Assembly (NCBI GenBank): GCA_902625325.1
Contig: CACOAW010000003.1
Coordinates: forward strand, 19,097 to 83,096
Length of the DNA: 64,000 nt
Origin: an uncultured Candidatus Poseidoniales archaeon
GTDB taxonomy: Archaea; Thermoplasmatota; Poseidoniia; Poseidoniales; Thalassarchaeaceae
Direction of reading: 5' to 3'
The stretch's first letter is position 1, and every line of letters begins with the position of its first letter. The notes beneath the pieces are model-generated. The model was given only the letters and a program-made list of their open reading frames with translations. It searched no databases and was not told the DNA's origin. Of this stretch, positions 1 through 9,487 are shown piece after piece. A program made the translations under genes and the position numbers.

Positions 1-856
1 GATGGTGAGCTACAGGCTTCCCGAATGCGACTCGCTCATGAGCATAATTTAGTGCAGCCTCAAATGCTCCTTGGGCTATTCCGAGTGCCTGTGCGGCTAT
101 CCCAATTCTCGAGTTATCTAGTGCGTTCATGGCTATGGGAAAGCCCTCCCCTACCCCCTTAAGCACATTCTCGATAGGCACTCTGCAGTCCTTCAGAATC
201 AACGAGCATGTGTCACTAGAGCGTATTCCCAGCTTATCCTCCTTCTTTCCTACTGTGAATCCATGGAACGACTTCTCGACAATGAATGCCGTAGTTCCAC
301 CATGCTTCTTGTCTCCAAATTCGGGGTGATCTACGTCCTTGGCGAAAAGAACGTAAATGTCGGCGCTATCACCGTTCGTCACCCACATCTTCTCCCCGTT
401 GAGGATGTAGTGACTACCGTCTTCACTGATCTTTGCCCTACACCCCAAGGCCGCCGCGTCCGTCCCAGCACCTGCCTCTGAGAGGGAATAAGCACCAATC
501 TCATTTCCTGCAAGTCTTGGAAGGTACTGTTTTTTCTGCTCCTCATTCCCATGCAGGGCGATCGTCATTGAACAAAGTCCGACGTGGACGCAGTACATCA
601 CTGAGAAAGAGGGATCAACTCTGGCCAACTCTTCTACGATTATTGACTCAGATACTGAATCCACTTGGTTTCCGCCGTATTCGTCCGGAATCGTTACTCC
701 CTGGAGTCCAGTAGCGTTGCAGAATTCCAACCACTCCCTCAGAGGTGCTCGCTGCTCTCGGTCACGTTCCAAGCACGTGGGTGCCAATGTTTCCTCGGCG
801 AACCCCCTTACCATCTCTCGAATCATGTTTTGCTCTTCTGTCTCGATGAAGTCCAT
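1..856 (-). CDS. Acyl-CoA dehydrogenase (3' end runs off the window)
   Basis: Not in the ORF track. Manual translation of the minus strand from ATG at 856 gives MDFIETEEQNMIREMVRGFAEE...GAYSLSEAGAGTD...LNGEKMWVTNG...KKEDKLGIRSSDT...RIGIAAQALGIAQGA, which are ACAD motifs. Confidence 0.93.
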   Translation of the reverse strand, partial: MDFIETEEQNMIREMVRGFAEETLAPTCLERDREQRAPLREWLEFCNATGLQGVTIPDEYGGNQVDSVSESIIVEELARVDPSFSVMYCVHVGLCSMTIALHGNEEQKKQYLPRLAGNEIGAYSLSEAGAGTDAAALGCRAKISEDGSHYILNGEKMWVTNGDSADIYVLFAKDVDHPEFGDKKHGGTTAFIVEKSFHGFTVGKKEDKLGIRSSDTCSLILKDCRVPIENVLKGVGEGFPIAMNALDNSRIGIAAQALGIAQGAFEAALNYAHERVAFGKPVAHH

Positions 857-965
857 GCTATCAGGGACTCGGAGTAAGAGGATATTGTTAATCTCTCTGA
901 GAAGAGGAATTCTTTCTCAATCGAATAGTTCAAATCAGGAACTGCCGCGCCGGCGGACGATATAG

Positions 966-1469
966 ATGAGTAGCGGCGATTACTTTGAATTCAGCATTGC
1001 CCATGACAGGAAATATACTCTGGACCATTTATGGGTCCAAGTTCTCGATGATGATGAGGAAGATATGACAGTCAAGCTGGGGATTAGCGAGTTCATAAGG
1101 GCCGAATACGGGGATATTCTGCGTGTTGTACTATCAAAACCAGAGGACGATAGTGAATTCCAGGTTGACACGGACGAAGGAGAATCGCAAAATGATGATG
1201 ACGCTCCTGCTGCACCTATTTCCAGGGGGGACGAGCTAGATACGGATGATTTGATCATTACAATCAGGACTGTAGAGGACAGAGTCCTGATTAATGCCCC
1301 ATTTCCGTGCAAGATAGTGGAACTTAACGGAGATGTCGAGGACAATTCCGATCTCGTCAACGAGGATGCTTACCAAGACGGATGGTGCATGATAGTTCGA
1401 CCTCACGAATGGGACGAAGATATGTACCTCGACGAATCAGAGTACATAGAGTACCTGAACGAGATTTGA
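966..1469 (+). CDS. Glycine cleavage H (GcvH)-like protein lacking the lipoyl lysine
   Basis: KYTLDHLW, GISEF, GDI, NAP..KIVELN and LVNEDAYQDGW match the GcvH pattern. ESVK is replaced by RTVE, and there is an acidic insertion. Confidence 0.8.
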   Translation: MSSGDYFEFSIAHDRKYTLDHLWVQVLDDDEEDMTVKLGISEFIRAEYGDILRVVLSKPEDDSEFQVDTDEGESQNDDDAPAAPISRGDELDTDDLIITIRTVEDRVLINAPFPCKIVELNGDVEDNSDLVNEDAYQDGWCMIVRPHEWDEDMYLDESEYIEYLNEI

Positions 1470-2747
1470 CTAGGGCCAGGAAAGTCCTTGCCACTCTTCA
1501 AAGTCAGAATTTTTCCAATCAAACTTCGCCAAAAGTTCGACTACCTCCTCTTCGCTAGCCAAGTCCCTCTCAACCTGAATTCTGTGCAACCAATCCTTCA
1601 GTCTGCCAAGCCTTTTTCCGCCCTCTAGTCCAGTTATCTCTGAGATTCGAGACCCATCAATAAGAGGCCCAGAACCCGCCTTCAGATCGGAATTTTTTTC
1701 TAATTCAGCCTCGAAATCCTCCGTGTAAGCCCCCAATCCCCGCTTGTAGTCTAGAATCTGAGATTTCTGTGTATCGGACATGGTGGCTGAGAATCTTCTT
1801 ACACTCTCTACAGAGGGGTCGAGGTCTATCTTTCTGCATTCATGTAGGTCCGACAACGCAGAACTCTCTTTCCTTGACAGCCTCAAAAGAGATGCAATTC
1901 TATCTGACATTTCGGCCCCATCGGACACTTCATCTCTGCAGATTAGTGCTAGATTTACGATATAATCGTCCGAGGGCCTGGCATTCGTTGTTATCGAGAT
2001 TCCAGGAAGAATCTCCTCGAATATTCCGTGTTCTACCATGGACTCAACTATCCGCATCGAATTTGAACAGGCAAGGATTCTTTGAAGCTCATTCCAAATC
2101 CTCTCTTTAGAAACCTTGCTTAGCATCTGGAGATTGGACGATATTGCGGCACTCAATTCCGGATCAAACTCTCTAAGGCCTCCTTCTCCTAAGTCCAAGA
2201 ATCTGAATGCCCTAACTATCCTCAAACCATCTTCTCCGATTCTCTCTTCTGCTTTACCCACGGTCCTGAGGAGTCCGGATTCAAGGTCTTTTACTCCTCT
2301 CCCACCTAGGTCAATCAGTTTTCCAGATGGGTATTCTTCACCCACTAGTCCTTTCATCGGCTCTATCGCCATCGCATTGATTGTGAAATCCCTCCTCGCA
2401 AGGTCCTCTGCGATGTCGTTCCCGAAGGTTACGTTATCTGGCCTCCTCCCGTCAGTGTAACCTCCATCCTTCCTGAGAGTGGTCACCTCGCACTGGAAAT
2501 CCTTGCCCTTTGAGTCCTCCACGCGCACTAAGACAGTGCCAAACTCCTCTCCCACCATGATCGACTTTGGAAACGCTCTCTTAATATCTGAAGGAACTAA
2601 ATTTGTAGCCAAATCCAAGTCTTCACTATCTTTCCCAGATATCCTATCTCTGACCCAGCCGCCAACTATCCATACGTCCCCCTCTGTTCCAAGCCTGTCG
2701 AGGACTATTCTTGCCCCCTCGCAAAGGTCACCTAAGTCAACATCCAA
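1470..2747 (-). CDS. cca: Class II (bacterial/eukaryote-type) tRNA nucleotidyltransferase, CCA-adding enzyme family
   Basis: VGGWVRD..DLDLAT (motif A), DLARRDFTINAMA (motif B), EDGLRIVRAFRF (motif D) and VSKERIWNEL. No HD domain. Confidence 0.85.
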   Translation of the reverse strand: MDVDLGDLCEGARIVLDRLGTEGDVWIVGGWVRDRISGKDSEDLDLATNLVPSDIKRAFPKSIMVGEEFGTVLVRVEDSKGKDFQCEVTTLRKDGGYTDGRRPDNVTFGNDIAEDLARRDFTINAMAIEPMKGLVGEEYPSGKLIDLGGRGVKDLESGLLRTVGKAEERIGEDGLRIVRAFRFLDLGEGGLREFDPELSAAISSNLQMLSKVSKERIWNELQRILACSNSMRIVESMVEHGIFEEILPGISITTNARPSDDYIVNLALICRDEVSDGAEMSDRIASLLRLSRKESSALSDLHECRKIDLDPSVESVRRFSATMSDTQKSQILDYKRGLGAYTEDFEAELEKNSDLKAGSGPLIDGSRISEITGLEGGKRLGRLKDWLHRIQVERDLASEEEVVELLAKFDWKNSDFEEWQGLSWP

Positions 2748-2808
2748 GTTCTAACCCCAAATCTCCCAACAGGAGCAGATATATTGAATCACGGCTCGTG
2801 GCGAAGTC

Positions 2809-3222
2809 ATGCAGGTCGATTTGGTCCCCATGGAAATACTTCTCCCTCATGAACTGACAATACCCAAGAAGGTCGATGAATTAGAAAAAATGACACATCG
2901 CTGGAAGGCCTACGTCCTGCCATTAGTCGTAGACAGGAATACGGGCGTAATCCTAGATGGCCACCATCGTCACCAGGTGGCATTGCGAATTGGCCTGAAA
3001 TGCCTTCCATGCGTTTTGGTCGACTATCAGGGAGATGGCTCAATCGAGTTAGACGTATGGCCAAATTGTGGTAGAGATTCAGTAACTAAGGAAGAGGTAG
3101 TTCAAGCAGGACTTACTGCAGAGCTCTTCGATCCAAAGACTAGCCGACATAGACTACCTGACCACCTTCCGCCAATCTCAGTTTCTCTGGATAGGCTTCT
3201 TCTACCCGCAGTAGAAGAATAG
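2809..3222 (+). CDS. ParB/sulfiredoxin-fold protein, SbnI/SerK-like core
   Basis: LLPHE, PLVVD, ILDGHHR and PKTSRH motifs. Confidence 0.7.
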   Translation: MQVDLVPMEILLPHELTIPKKVDELEKMTHRWKAYVLPLVVDRNTGVILDGHHRHQVALRIGLKCLPCVLVDYQGDGSIELDVWPNCGRDSVTKEEVVQAGLTAELFDPKTSRHRLPDHLPPISVSLDRLLLPAVEE

Positions 3223-3231
3223 AACTCCATG

Positions 3232-4212
3232 TTAGGGTATCAGATCCTCATGACCGCCAGCGAAATCGGAGCTCTCTTCGGGAGAACCGGGGCTGGCAAG
3301 GTCTATGGAAAGAAACTCACTAAATATTGGCCACAATGGCCCCAACCACTCAATTTCCGACATCAGGAGGTCAACTACTGGGTGTTCCAATACCTCCTCT
3401 TCAGAAGACTCCTCGTCGACATATGGGAGATCCGGTGGCATCTCTCGTAATGCCAGAATGAGATTCCTAACTCTGGTGCAAGTGCTCTCTTCAATCTCGA
3501 TCATTCCGCCAACCAGATCGAATGCATCCTCGATGTGGTTGGCTATGGAAATAGGATCAAGCGGACTGGTTTCAGACTCTCCAACATCCATCGGTCCGAA
3601 AACTACCCCTCCTAGATCGGTTTCAAACCAATCACCGTCCTGCTTTTCCATCTTCAATAGCCTCTGGTGGACGGGTCCGCCGAAAGGACCTAGTACGAAA
3701 CCACCATCTAACACTAACTCCCCGATGGGATCCGGAATCTCTCTTACTGAGCCAGTGATCATGACCCTTTCGAAGCCTCCACAAAGATGCTCTATTTCAC
3801 CGACGTCATTTGGTCGCAGAACCCTGATCGTTCCAGAACATTGGTGACTCGCTAGCCTATCTTCGGTGTGTGACCTGACCTCTTCGTGGGGCTCAAGGAT
3901 GGTCACTGTTCCTTCCTCCCCCACCATCCTATCTATTATTGCAGCGAGGTATCCTCCTTTAGAACCAATTAGCATGATGTCTTGTCCCTTATTTATCTCA
4001 AGATGATGGAGGAGAGTCGCTATCATGTGAGGTGCTGAGATCGTTCTAGTTGCCCCAAAACCAGTGAATAGGAAGGGTATCGGCCTATCGTGCCAGAAAC
4101 CCTCCAAATCATGATCTGTGAAATGTCCTGGATCGATATCAATCATGGCAGATTTAGTCAAATCGTCTATTGGTATTCCTGCAGCCTCGAGCCTCTCAAC
4201 CAACTCAGTCAT
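3232..4212 (-). CDS. Protein-L-isoaspartate O-methyltransferase-like protein with acidic C-terminal extension
   Basis: TISAPHM, GYLAA, VLDGG and V.FGPM match the Pcm pattern. The SAM-binding motif is degenerate (MLIGSKGGY). Confidence 0.7.
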   Translation of the reverse strand: MTELVERLEAAGIPIDDLTKSAMIDIDPGHFTDHDLEGFWHDRPIPFLFTGFGATRTISAPHMIATLLHHLEINKGQDIMLIGSKGGYLAAIIDRMVGEEGTVTILEPHEEVRSHTEDRLASHQCSGTIRVLRPNDVGEIEHLCGGFERVMITGSVREIPDPIGELVLDGGFVLGPFGGPVHQRLLKMEKQDGDWFETDLGGVVFGPMDVGESETSPLDPISIANHIEDAFDLVGGMIEIEESTCTRVRNLILALREMPPDLPYVDEESSEEEVLEHPVVDLLMSEIEWLGPLWPIFSEFLSIDLASPGSPEESSDFAGGHEDLIP

Positions 4213-4286
4213 GGACACTCAGAACCCCCCTCAGTCAGTGATAACCACCATAGAGGATTTGAATGCATTGCTCTTCGGACCTCCCG

Positions 4287-4362
4287 GGGTCCGTGGTCTA
4301 GGGGTTATGACGTCGCTCTTACAAAGCGAAGATCGCAGGTTCAATTCCTGCCGGACCCACCA
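4287..4362 (+). tRNA. tRNA-Val(TAC), CCA encoded
   Basis: Acceptor stem GGGTCCG/CGGACCC, anticodon arm TCGCT-CTTACAA-AGCGA, T-loop TTCAATT, ends ACCA. Confidence 0.96.
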
Positions 4363-4423
4363 ATAATCATCGATAGGGTGGGTAGGCTACGTCTCCAAAT
4401 TAACAGAAAAAGGTCAATAGTGT

Positions 4424-5131
4424 GTGCAGAGACAGAATTACGTGGTCGAAGAGGCTGCTGCCCTCGCTTCTAGGTTGAAGCACCGTCTAATTAAGAAGGA
4501 CTGGACAATTTCCACCGCGGAATCTTGCACAGGAGGACTGATTTCATCACTGCTTACCGACATTTCCGGAGCCAGTGCTTGGTTCAAGCAAGGTTGGATT
4601 GTGTACTCCAACGAGTCAAAAATGAGGGAATTGGGCGTAGAAAGCTCCGCCTTTGATGAGGGCGGTCATGGGGCAGTCTCTCACAAGGTTGCAGTTCAAA
4701 TGGCCCGTGGGGCACGTTACAAGTCTGGATCAAACATCTCTATTGCAGTGACAGGAATCGCCGGTCCTAACGGGTCTTCCAAAGATAAGGAAGTCGGAAG
4801 AGTTCACGTTGCAGTAATTGCCGAGGACTACTTCTTGGTCAGAAGGATGGATTTCGGAGACAACGATCGTCTCGATAACAAGCGCTCATTCGCTTCTTTC
4901 GCCCTGAGATTGGCCTTGGAGGCTATTGATAGGCTAGATGATGGTTCAAAGAAGGAGACCTCGCTAAGTAGTGATCCCGTGGGAGTCAACATGGAAGGAG
5001 ACCCTGGGGATCAGTCAGTATTGGGTACGGACGAATGGGAAGGGGGGATTTCATGGGGCTCTGAGAAGAAAACTGTCTCTCAATCCCTGAAGAAGATAGA
5101 TCTTGCATCACTAATCGATTGGGACGAGTAA
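4424..5131 (+). CDS. CinA C-terminal family / nicotinamide-nucleotide amidohydrolase (PncC-like) with acidic tail
   Basis: STAESCTGG, SGAS..F..G.IVYSNESK, GAVS and TGIAGP. Confidence 0.88.
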   Translation: MQRQNYVVEEAAALASRLKHRLIKKDWTISTAESCTGGLISSLLTDISGASAWFKQGWIVYSNESKMRELGVESSAFDEGGHGAVSHKVAVQMARGARYKSGSNISIAVTGIAGPNGSSKDKEVGRVHVAVIAEDYFLVRRMDFGDNDRLDNKRSFASFALRLALEAIDRLDDGSKKETSLSSDPVGVNMEGDPGDQSVLGTDEWEGGISWGSEKKTVSQSLKKIDLASLIDWDE

Positions 5132-5193
5132 TTCATCTGGGAGAATCCCGTTGACAGATACCATCAAGGGCGTTCACATATGTGGTCCATCGT

Positions 5194-6810
5194 ATGCGCT
5201 CGCCGAGTTGGGAAGCTATGCACAACCAACTTTCCTCTGCGGGGTTAATCGTTCAGACCAGTGCAGTGGAGAAGCTGAAAAAACTACAGAATGTCATCCC
5301 TCTGATAGAAGCCGCTAATTCATCAGGTGTAAGGCTACTAAATGGAGCGACAGTAGATGAGTTGCTGGCCATCTCTTCATCACCGACAGAGTCTCCCGAT
5401 GAAACTCAAAAATCCCTCTCTCAGACGACTTTACCTAGGCCCGAGCAAGATAGCCCTCATGGGAGGGTCCTAGCCCCCATTCTTCCCACCTCAGACAAAA
5501 TAATCCCCCGTCCCAGATCGTCTTCAGGATTCAAAAGCTCCGACTTCCCTATGGAAGCAAGAGAAGTTGACTCGGATATCGAGATTCATTTCGATATAAC
5601 CGGGCAGTCTTCTACTGAGGGGAGAATTTCAGATATGCAGTCATGCTTCAAGAGTAGACTTGCGCAGATAAGAAGCATGATGATTTCTCATGGAGTTCTT
5701 CCAAGAAGGCCTATCAGCAACTCCGAAGCATGGAGGAATCGCCGCAGGCTAACAAATAAGGAATCAGAATTCACAATCATTGGGCTATCGAGTGATGTAA
5801 GATGGACTAAGAATGGTTGGATGAGTTTCGTTTTGGAGGATGAGACTACACAAATTAGGTGCATGATTAAACCACCTTCTGATGCCTCTCCCTTACATCC
5901 ATCTCTAGATGGACTGATGGATGACGAGATAGTTGGAGTTAGTGGCAATTTCTCTTCCGGTGAGAGAGAGCCCATATTGTGGGTTCAGAACATACACAAA
6001 CCTCCTTTAGGACAGCATTCCAAATCCCAAGCAGGGGTGGAGTCGGCCGTTTCCGCAGCATTCCTGTCCGACGTACATCTGGGAAGCAAGACTTTCCTCG
6101 CACCTCAGTGGGAGAAGATGGTTCGATGGTTCAAGAACGATCCTCTGGCTAAGACCGTCAAATACTTCGTTCTCACAGGCGATGGAGTAGATGGGGTAGG
6201 AATTTACCCCGGCCAGGAGAGGCATCTAGCCATCACCGACTTATTCAATCAATACGGGGAGCTGGCAAGGATGCTAGAAGATATACCCGAATGGGTGGAT
6301 GTTGTGATGCTCCCCGGAAACCATGACGCCGTCCGACCAGCAGAGCCCCAACCAGCCCTAGATCCGGAGGTACAACAGGACTATTCGAATACTACATTTG
6401 TCGGAAATCCCTGCGACTTCAGCCTACATGGCGTCAGGATACTTTCCTACCACGGAAAGAGCATTGACGATTTCGTAGCCACGCTTCGATCAGTCACCTA
6501 TTCCAAACCGGAGATGGCCATGCGTGCCATGCTTGAGAGGAGGCACCTCGCTCCCTCTTGGGGCGGCAAAACGCCGCTTTCTCCTGAGCCAGAGGATAGG
6601 ATGGTTATTCCAGTCGTTCCGGATATTTTCGTGACCGGGCACGTGCATGGGCATTTTGTCGGGGATCACAAGGGCACACTAATGGTGCACAGCTCCACTT
6701 GGCAGGATCAGACAGATTTCCAGAGAATGTTGGGATTCCAACCAAAGCCATGTATTCTCACTGTGGTTAACCTACATACTTTCGCGACGGAATCAATCGA
6801 TTTCATTTAG
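5194..6810 (+). CDS. polB: DNA polymerase D (Pol II) small subunit DP1, 3'-5' exonuclease
   Basis: An OB-fold region followed by the calcineurin-like motifs SDVHLGS, GDGVDGVGIYPGQ, PGNHD, YHG, RRHLAP and TGHVH. Confidence 0.93.
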   Translation: MRSPSWEAMHNQLSSAGLIVQTSAVEKLKKLQNVIPLIEAANSSGVRLLNGATVDELLAISSSPTESPDETQKSLSQTTLPRPEQDSPHGRVLAPILPTSDKIIPRPRSSSGFKSSDFPMEAREVDSDIEIHFDITGQSSTEGRISDMQSCFKSRLAQIRSMMISHGVLPRRPISNSEAWRNRRRLTNKESEFTIIGLSSDVRWTKNGWMSFVLEDETTQIRCMIKPPSDASPLHPSLDGLMDDEIVGVSGNFSSGEREPILWVQNIHKPPLGQHSKSQAGVESAVSAAFLSDVHLGSKTFLAPQWEKMVRWFKNDPLAKTVKYFVLTGDGVDGVGIYPGQERHLAITDLFNQYGELARMLEDIPEWVDVVMLPGNHDAVRPAEPQPALDPEVQQDYSNTTFVGNPCDFSLHGVRILSYHGKSIDDFVATLRSVTYSKPEMAMRAMLERRHLAPSWGGKTPLSPEPEDRMVIPVVPDIFVTGHVHGHFVGDHKGTLMVHSSTWQDQTDFQRMLGFQPKPCILTVVNLHTFATESIDFI

Positions 6811-7497
6811 CTACGGGATTTCCTCACCAGGGAAAATTAACGGCCATATCAGGCTCAAGTCCTTCTCTTCAACCACAGGGACGCCAGCCTCCATGAAAGC
6901 CTCCAGTGCCCTCTCTCTCCTTGGATTGAATCCAATGAATTTGGATCCCTCGATCTTCATTGACAAGTCAGTGCTGGAATCCCCCACAGAGACAATTTGT
7001 GATGGCTCGAACCCGTTTATTCTTGCTAGTTTTTCGACCATAATCCCCTTATCGTGAGTTAGAACCCTGGTTGGGAGGCCACCCAATAGCCACCCTTCGT
7101 CATCCCATTCGAAACCGTTTGCAACCCAGTCGTCAACCTTCAGCATATTTGCGATAGAACCTACGAAGACGTCCACTCCAGAGGAAACAATCGCCACAAA
7201 AACCCCTCTCTTCTTCAGGTTCTCGACAACCTTTCTGGCACCCTCAATTAGCCCCACTCCGCTGTAGCAACGCATGATGTCATCCCTATGTATCTCTGGA
7301 CGAACCTCTCTCCACAGTTTGATATCGTGAGCAACAAACTCCTCCTCTGAGATTTTACCATCCAAGAACTTCTCCAGAGCCTCCTGATGTTCCCCCCCAT
7401 CATCTTCTCCGGTTCCGAAGTTTCTGTGAATCATTTGCCAAGAGGAGCCATTGTCAGATAGCACTCCATCACAATCGAAAACTACCGCTCTAACCAT
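6811..7497 (-). CDS. HAD-superfamily hydrolase, phosphoserine phosphatase (SerB)-like
   Basis: VVFDCDGVL, IVSSG, K and VGDSSTD HAD motifs; AN.F. Confidence 0.8.
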   Translation of the reverse strand: MVRAVVFDCDGVLSDNGSSWQMIHRNFGTGEDDGGEHQEALEKFLDGKISEEEFVAHDIKLWREVRPEIHRDDIMRCYSGVGLIEGARKVVENLKKRGVFVAIVSSGVDVFVGSIANMLKVDDWVANGFEWDDEGWLLGGLPTRVLTHDKGIMVEKLARINGFEPSQIVSVGDSSTDLSMKIEGSKFIGFNPRRERALEAFMEAGVPVVEEKDLSLIWPLIFPGEEIP

Positions 7498-7570
7498 TGG
7501 TATGCTGTTATCCGGAGACGGCTAATAATTGGGTAGGTGAGTTGATTTGCTCGGAACACTCCCCTTTATC

Positions 7571-7837
7571 ATGGAGGATGCGCAAAACTATGACAGAGCG
7601 ATCAAGGTAACCATGCTCATGTTCGGACCACTGGCAGAGAAGATGGGGACTAGAGAGATAGAAGTCAATATGCCAGACGGAACAACACTAATCCAATTGG
7701 CAGAACGATTCGAATTAGAGGGAATGCTGGATTCCGGAATGAGAGTGGCAATCGATGGGATTGTCGAGCCGAATACATCTCGGGAGCTCCATGACTCGGC
7801 TGAAGTTGCCTTCCTCCCTCCAGTTTCAGGCGGTTGA
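7571..7837 (+). CDS. MoaD/ThiS family sulfur carrier (ubiquitin-like SAMP)
   Basis: Beta-grasp size, FGPL.E near the N-terminus, C-terminal EVAFLPPVSGG. Confidence 0.9.
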   Translation: MEDAQNYDRAIKVTMLMFGPLAEKMGTREIEVNMPDGTTLIQLAERFELEGMLDSGMRVAIDGIVEPNTSRELHDSAEVAFLPPVSGG

Positions 7838-7892
7838 AGGGAAACGATGCCAAAACATTTGAACAAAGCCCTTCACACAAGGTATTGATAGC

Positions 7893-8099
7893 ATGGCAAT
7901 AGGGTCTACAGAAATCGTCATCCTGGTGGTGTTCGGGATACTAATTTTTGGAGCAAACAAGATACCGCAATTGGCTAGGGGGGTTGGAAGGGCCAAGGGC
8001 GAATTCCATATGGGAATGAAGGAAGCGTCCGAGATGGCAGCTATAGGGGACATGGACCGAGGGGGGATGACCGAAGACATCGCCTCCGAGCAAGAGTGA
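7893..8099 (+). CDS. tatA: Twin-arginine translocase TatA/E
   Basis: IGSTEIVIL...LIFGANKIPQLARGVGRAKGEF. Confidence 0.92.
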   Translation: MAIGSTEIVILVVFGILIFGANKIPQLARGVGRAKGEFHMGMKEASEMAAIGDMDRGGMTEDIASEQE

Positions 8100-8600
8100 C
8101 TAAATCTTCCTGAACCTCAATTCTGATCCGCATTCCTCGCATTCTCCAGGACCCTCTCCGGCGAACCTTGTTCTCCCTCTACCGGAAGTCACTTTCCCAC
8201 ATCCTCTGCATTTAAGCTCCCATTTCCAGGTCTCTGAGATTCCAACTGTCTCCACGGGAGACCACTTAATCCCAGCCGAACTACAGACATTCTGTATCCT
8301 GTAATCATCAGTGTACAAGCGCCCCTTAATATCGATAACTAGGGCAATAAGTGAAAGGTCAGTTTCTGAGAGGCCGTCCAAGTCACCAGTATCTAGGGAA
8401 ATCTTCGTTGCCTGATTTATGGATTCTATTGTCGGGCTCTTCCAAATGAGATTCGCTGCTTCAAGAGACAACATCCGCTCGGGAGAAACCCTACTCAGCT
8501 CCAACCTCTGATTTTCCACGACATACCCCCCATCAAGTAACTCGATAGGCCAATTGATCAGGGCGGTCGTGTCCAGGACATTCGCTACAACCATGGTCAT
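8100..8600 (-). CDS. nob1: NOB1 family endoribonuclease (PIN + zinc ribbon)
   Basis: VLDTTA, GD...LSETD, TDDY.IQNV, W...CxxC...CxxCGS. Confidence 0.88.
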   Translation of the reverse strand: MTMVVANVLDTTALINWPIELLDGGYVVENQRLELSRVSPERMLSLEAANLIWKSPTIESINQATKISLDTGDLDGLSETDLSLIALVIDIKGRLYTDDYRIQNVCSSAGIKWSPVETVGISETWKWELKCRGCGKVTSGRGRTRFAGEGPGECEECGSELRFRKI

Positions 8601-8690
8601 GCGTCGTGATTCACCAATTAGAGTTGTATTATCCCATTTGAGTCTGTAGTCGAAAGTAATGGTTATGCAGAAGCCCTGTGGCGACAAACC

Positions 8691-9299
8691 GTGCTTGAAC
8701 AGATAACGTCGTCTGTGATTGATTGGGGTAGTAACTTCGGATTGGTCGGGCTTGCCCTAGTTTCTTTCACGGAATCTGTAATCCAACCAGTTCCTCCAGA
8801 TTTACTAGTCATTCCAATGTCTCTGGAGGCAGCCAGTACCCTAGAACTCCTCGCGATATTCCTTGTCGTCACCATTTTCAGTGTTCTGGGCTCGCTGGGA
8901 GGGTATGCGATCGGACTTTATGCAGGAAGACCGATTATTGGTAAATTCGCCAGACCTTCGTTATCCAGGAGACTGGATGAGATATTGGTCAGATACGGGG
9001 ATGCGGGAGTTTTCGTCGCTGCTGTTTCTCCAATTCCTTACAAACTTCTTGCATGGACTGCAGGTGCAGGAAGGATGGATATCAGGCCATTCGTATTGGC
9101 TGGGGTATTTGGGAGAGGCATAAGGTTCGGCCTACAGGTCCTACTCATCGGTGTGTGGGGTGATGAATTTATGGATCACCTGGACAAACCCCTCTTCTGG
9201 ATACTAGTCTGCGTGTTTTCTTTTGCAGCATTCATTCCTCTCAACAAATGGTGGAGGGGTCTGGACAACAAATCGGTCACCCACTTGCAACAGAACTGA
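8691..9299 (+). CDS. DedA/YqaA (VTT domain) membrane protein
   Basis: SFTES...PVPPD, S.LGS..GY.IG, SPIPYK and GRGIRF. Confidence 0.88.
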   Translation: MLEQITSSVIDWGSNFGLVGLALVSFTESVIQPVPPDLLVIPMSLEAASTLELLAIFLVVTIFSVLGSLGGYAIGLYAGRPIIGKFARPSLSRRLDEILVRYGDAGVFVAAVSPIPYKLLAWTAGAGRMDIRPFVLAGVFGRGIRFGLQVLLIGVWGDEFMDHLDKPLFWILVCVFSFAAFIPLNKWWRGLDNKSVTHLQQN

Positions 9300-9331
9300 T
9301 TATGAGAAAGTAGCAACTCGGGATATATGCC

Positions 9332-9409
9332 GCTCCTGTGGTGTAGTACGGTCCATCATTCCGGGTTTTCATCCCGGCGACCCGGGTTCAAATCCCGGCA
9401 GGAGCACCA
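9332..9409 (+). tRNA. tRNA-Glu(TTC), CCA encoded
   Basis: Acceptor stem GCTCCTG/CAGGAGC, anticodon arm CCGGG-TTTTCAT-CCCGG, T-loop TTCAAAT, ends ACCA. Confidence 0.96.
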
Positions 9410-9487
9410 AGACAGACTCTAGAATGGCCCATTCGGCCATACACGAATTCAAAACTCACAGCCTCCTGGGGATGCTCAGTTGATGAC

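Noticed and set aside
4276..4293. Leader CGGACC complementary to the 5' acceptor strand of tRNA-Val
   Set aside because: Only 6-7 bp, probably upstream of the transcription start, and not seen at the other three tRNAs. Likely chance.
9361..9398. CCGGG/CCCGG repeated twice, resembling a short repeat unit
   Set aside because: These are simply the anticodon and T stems of tRNA-Glu.
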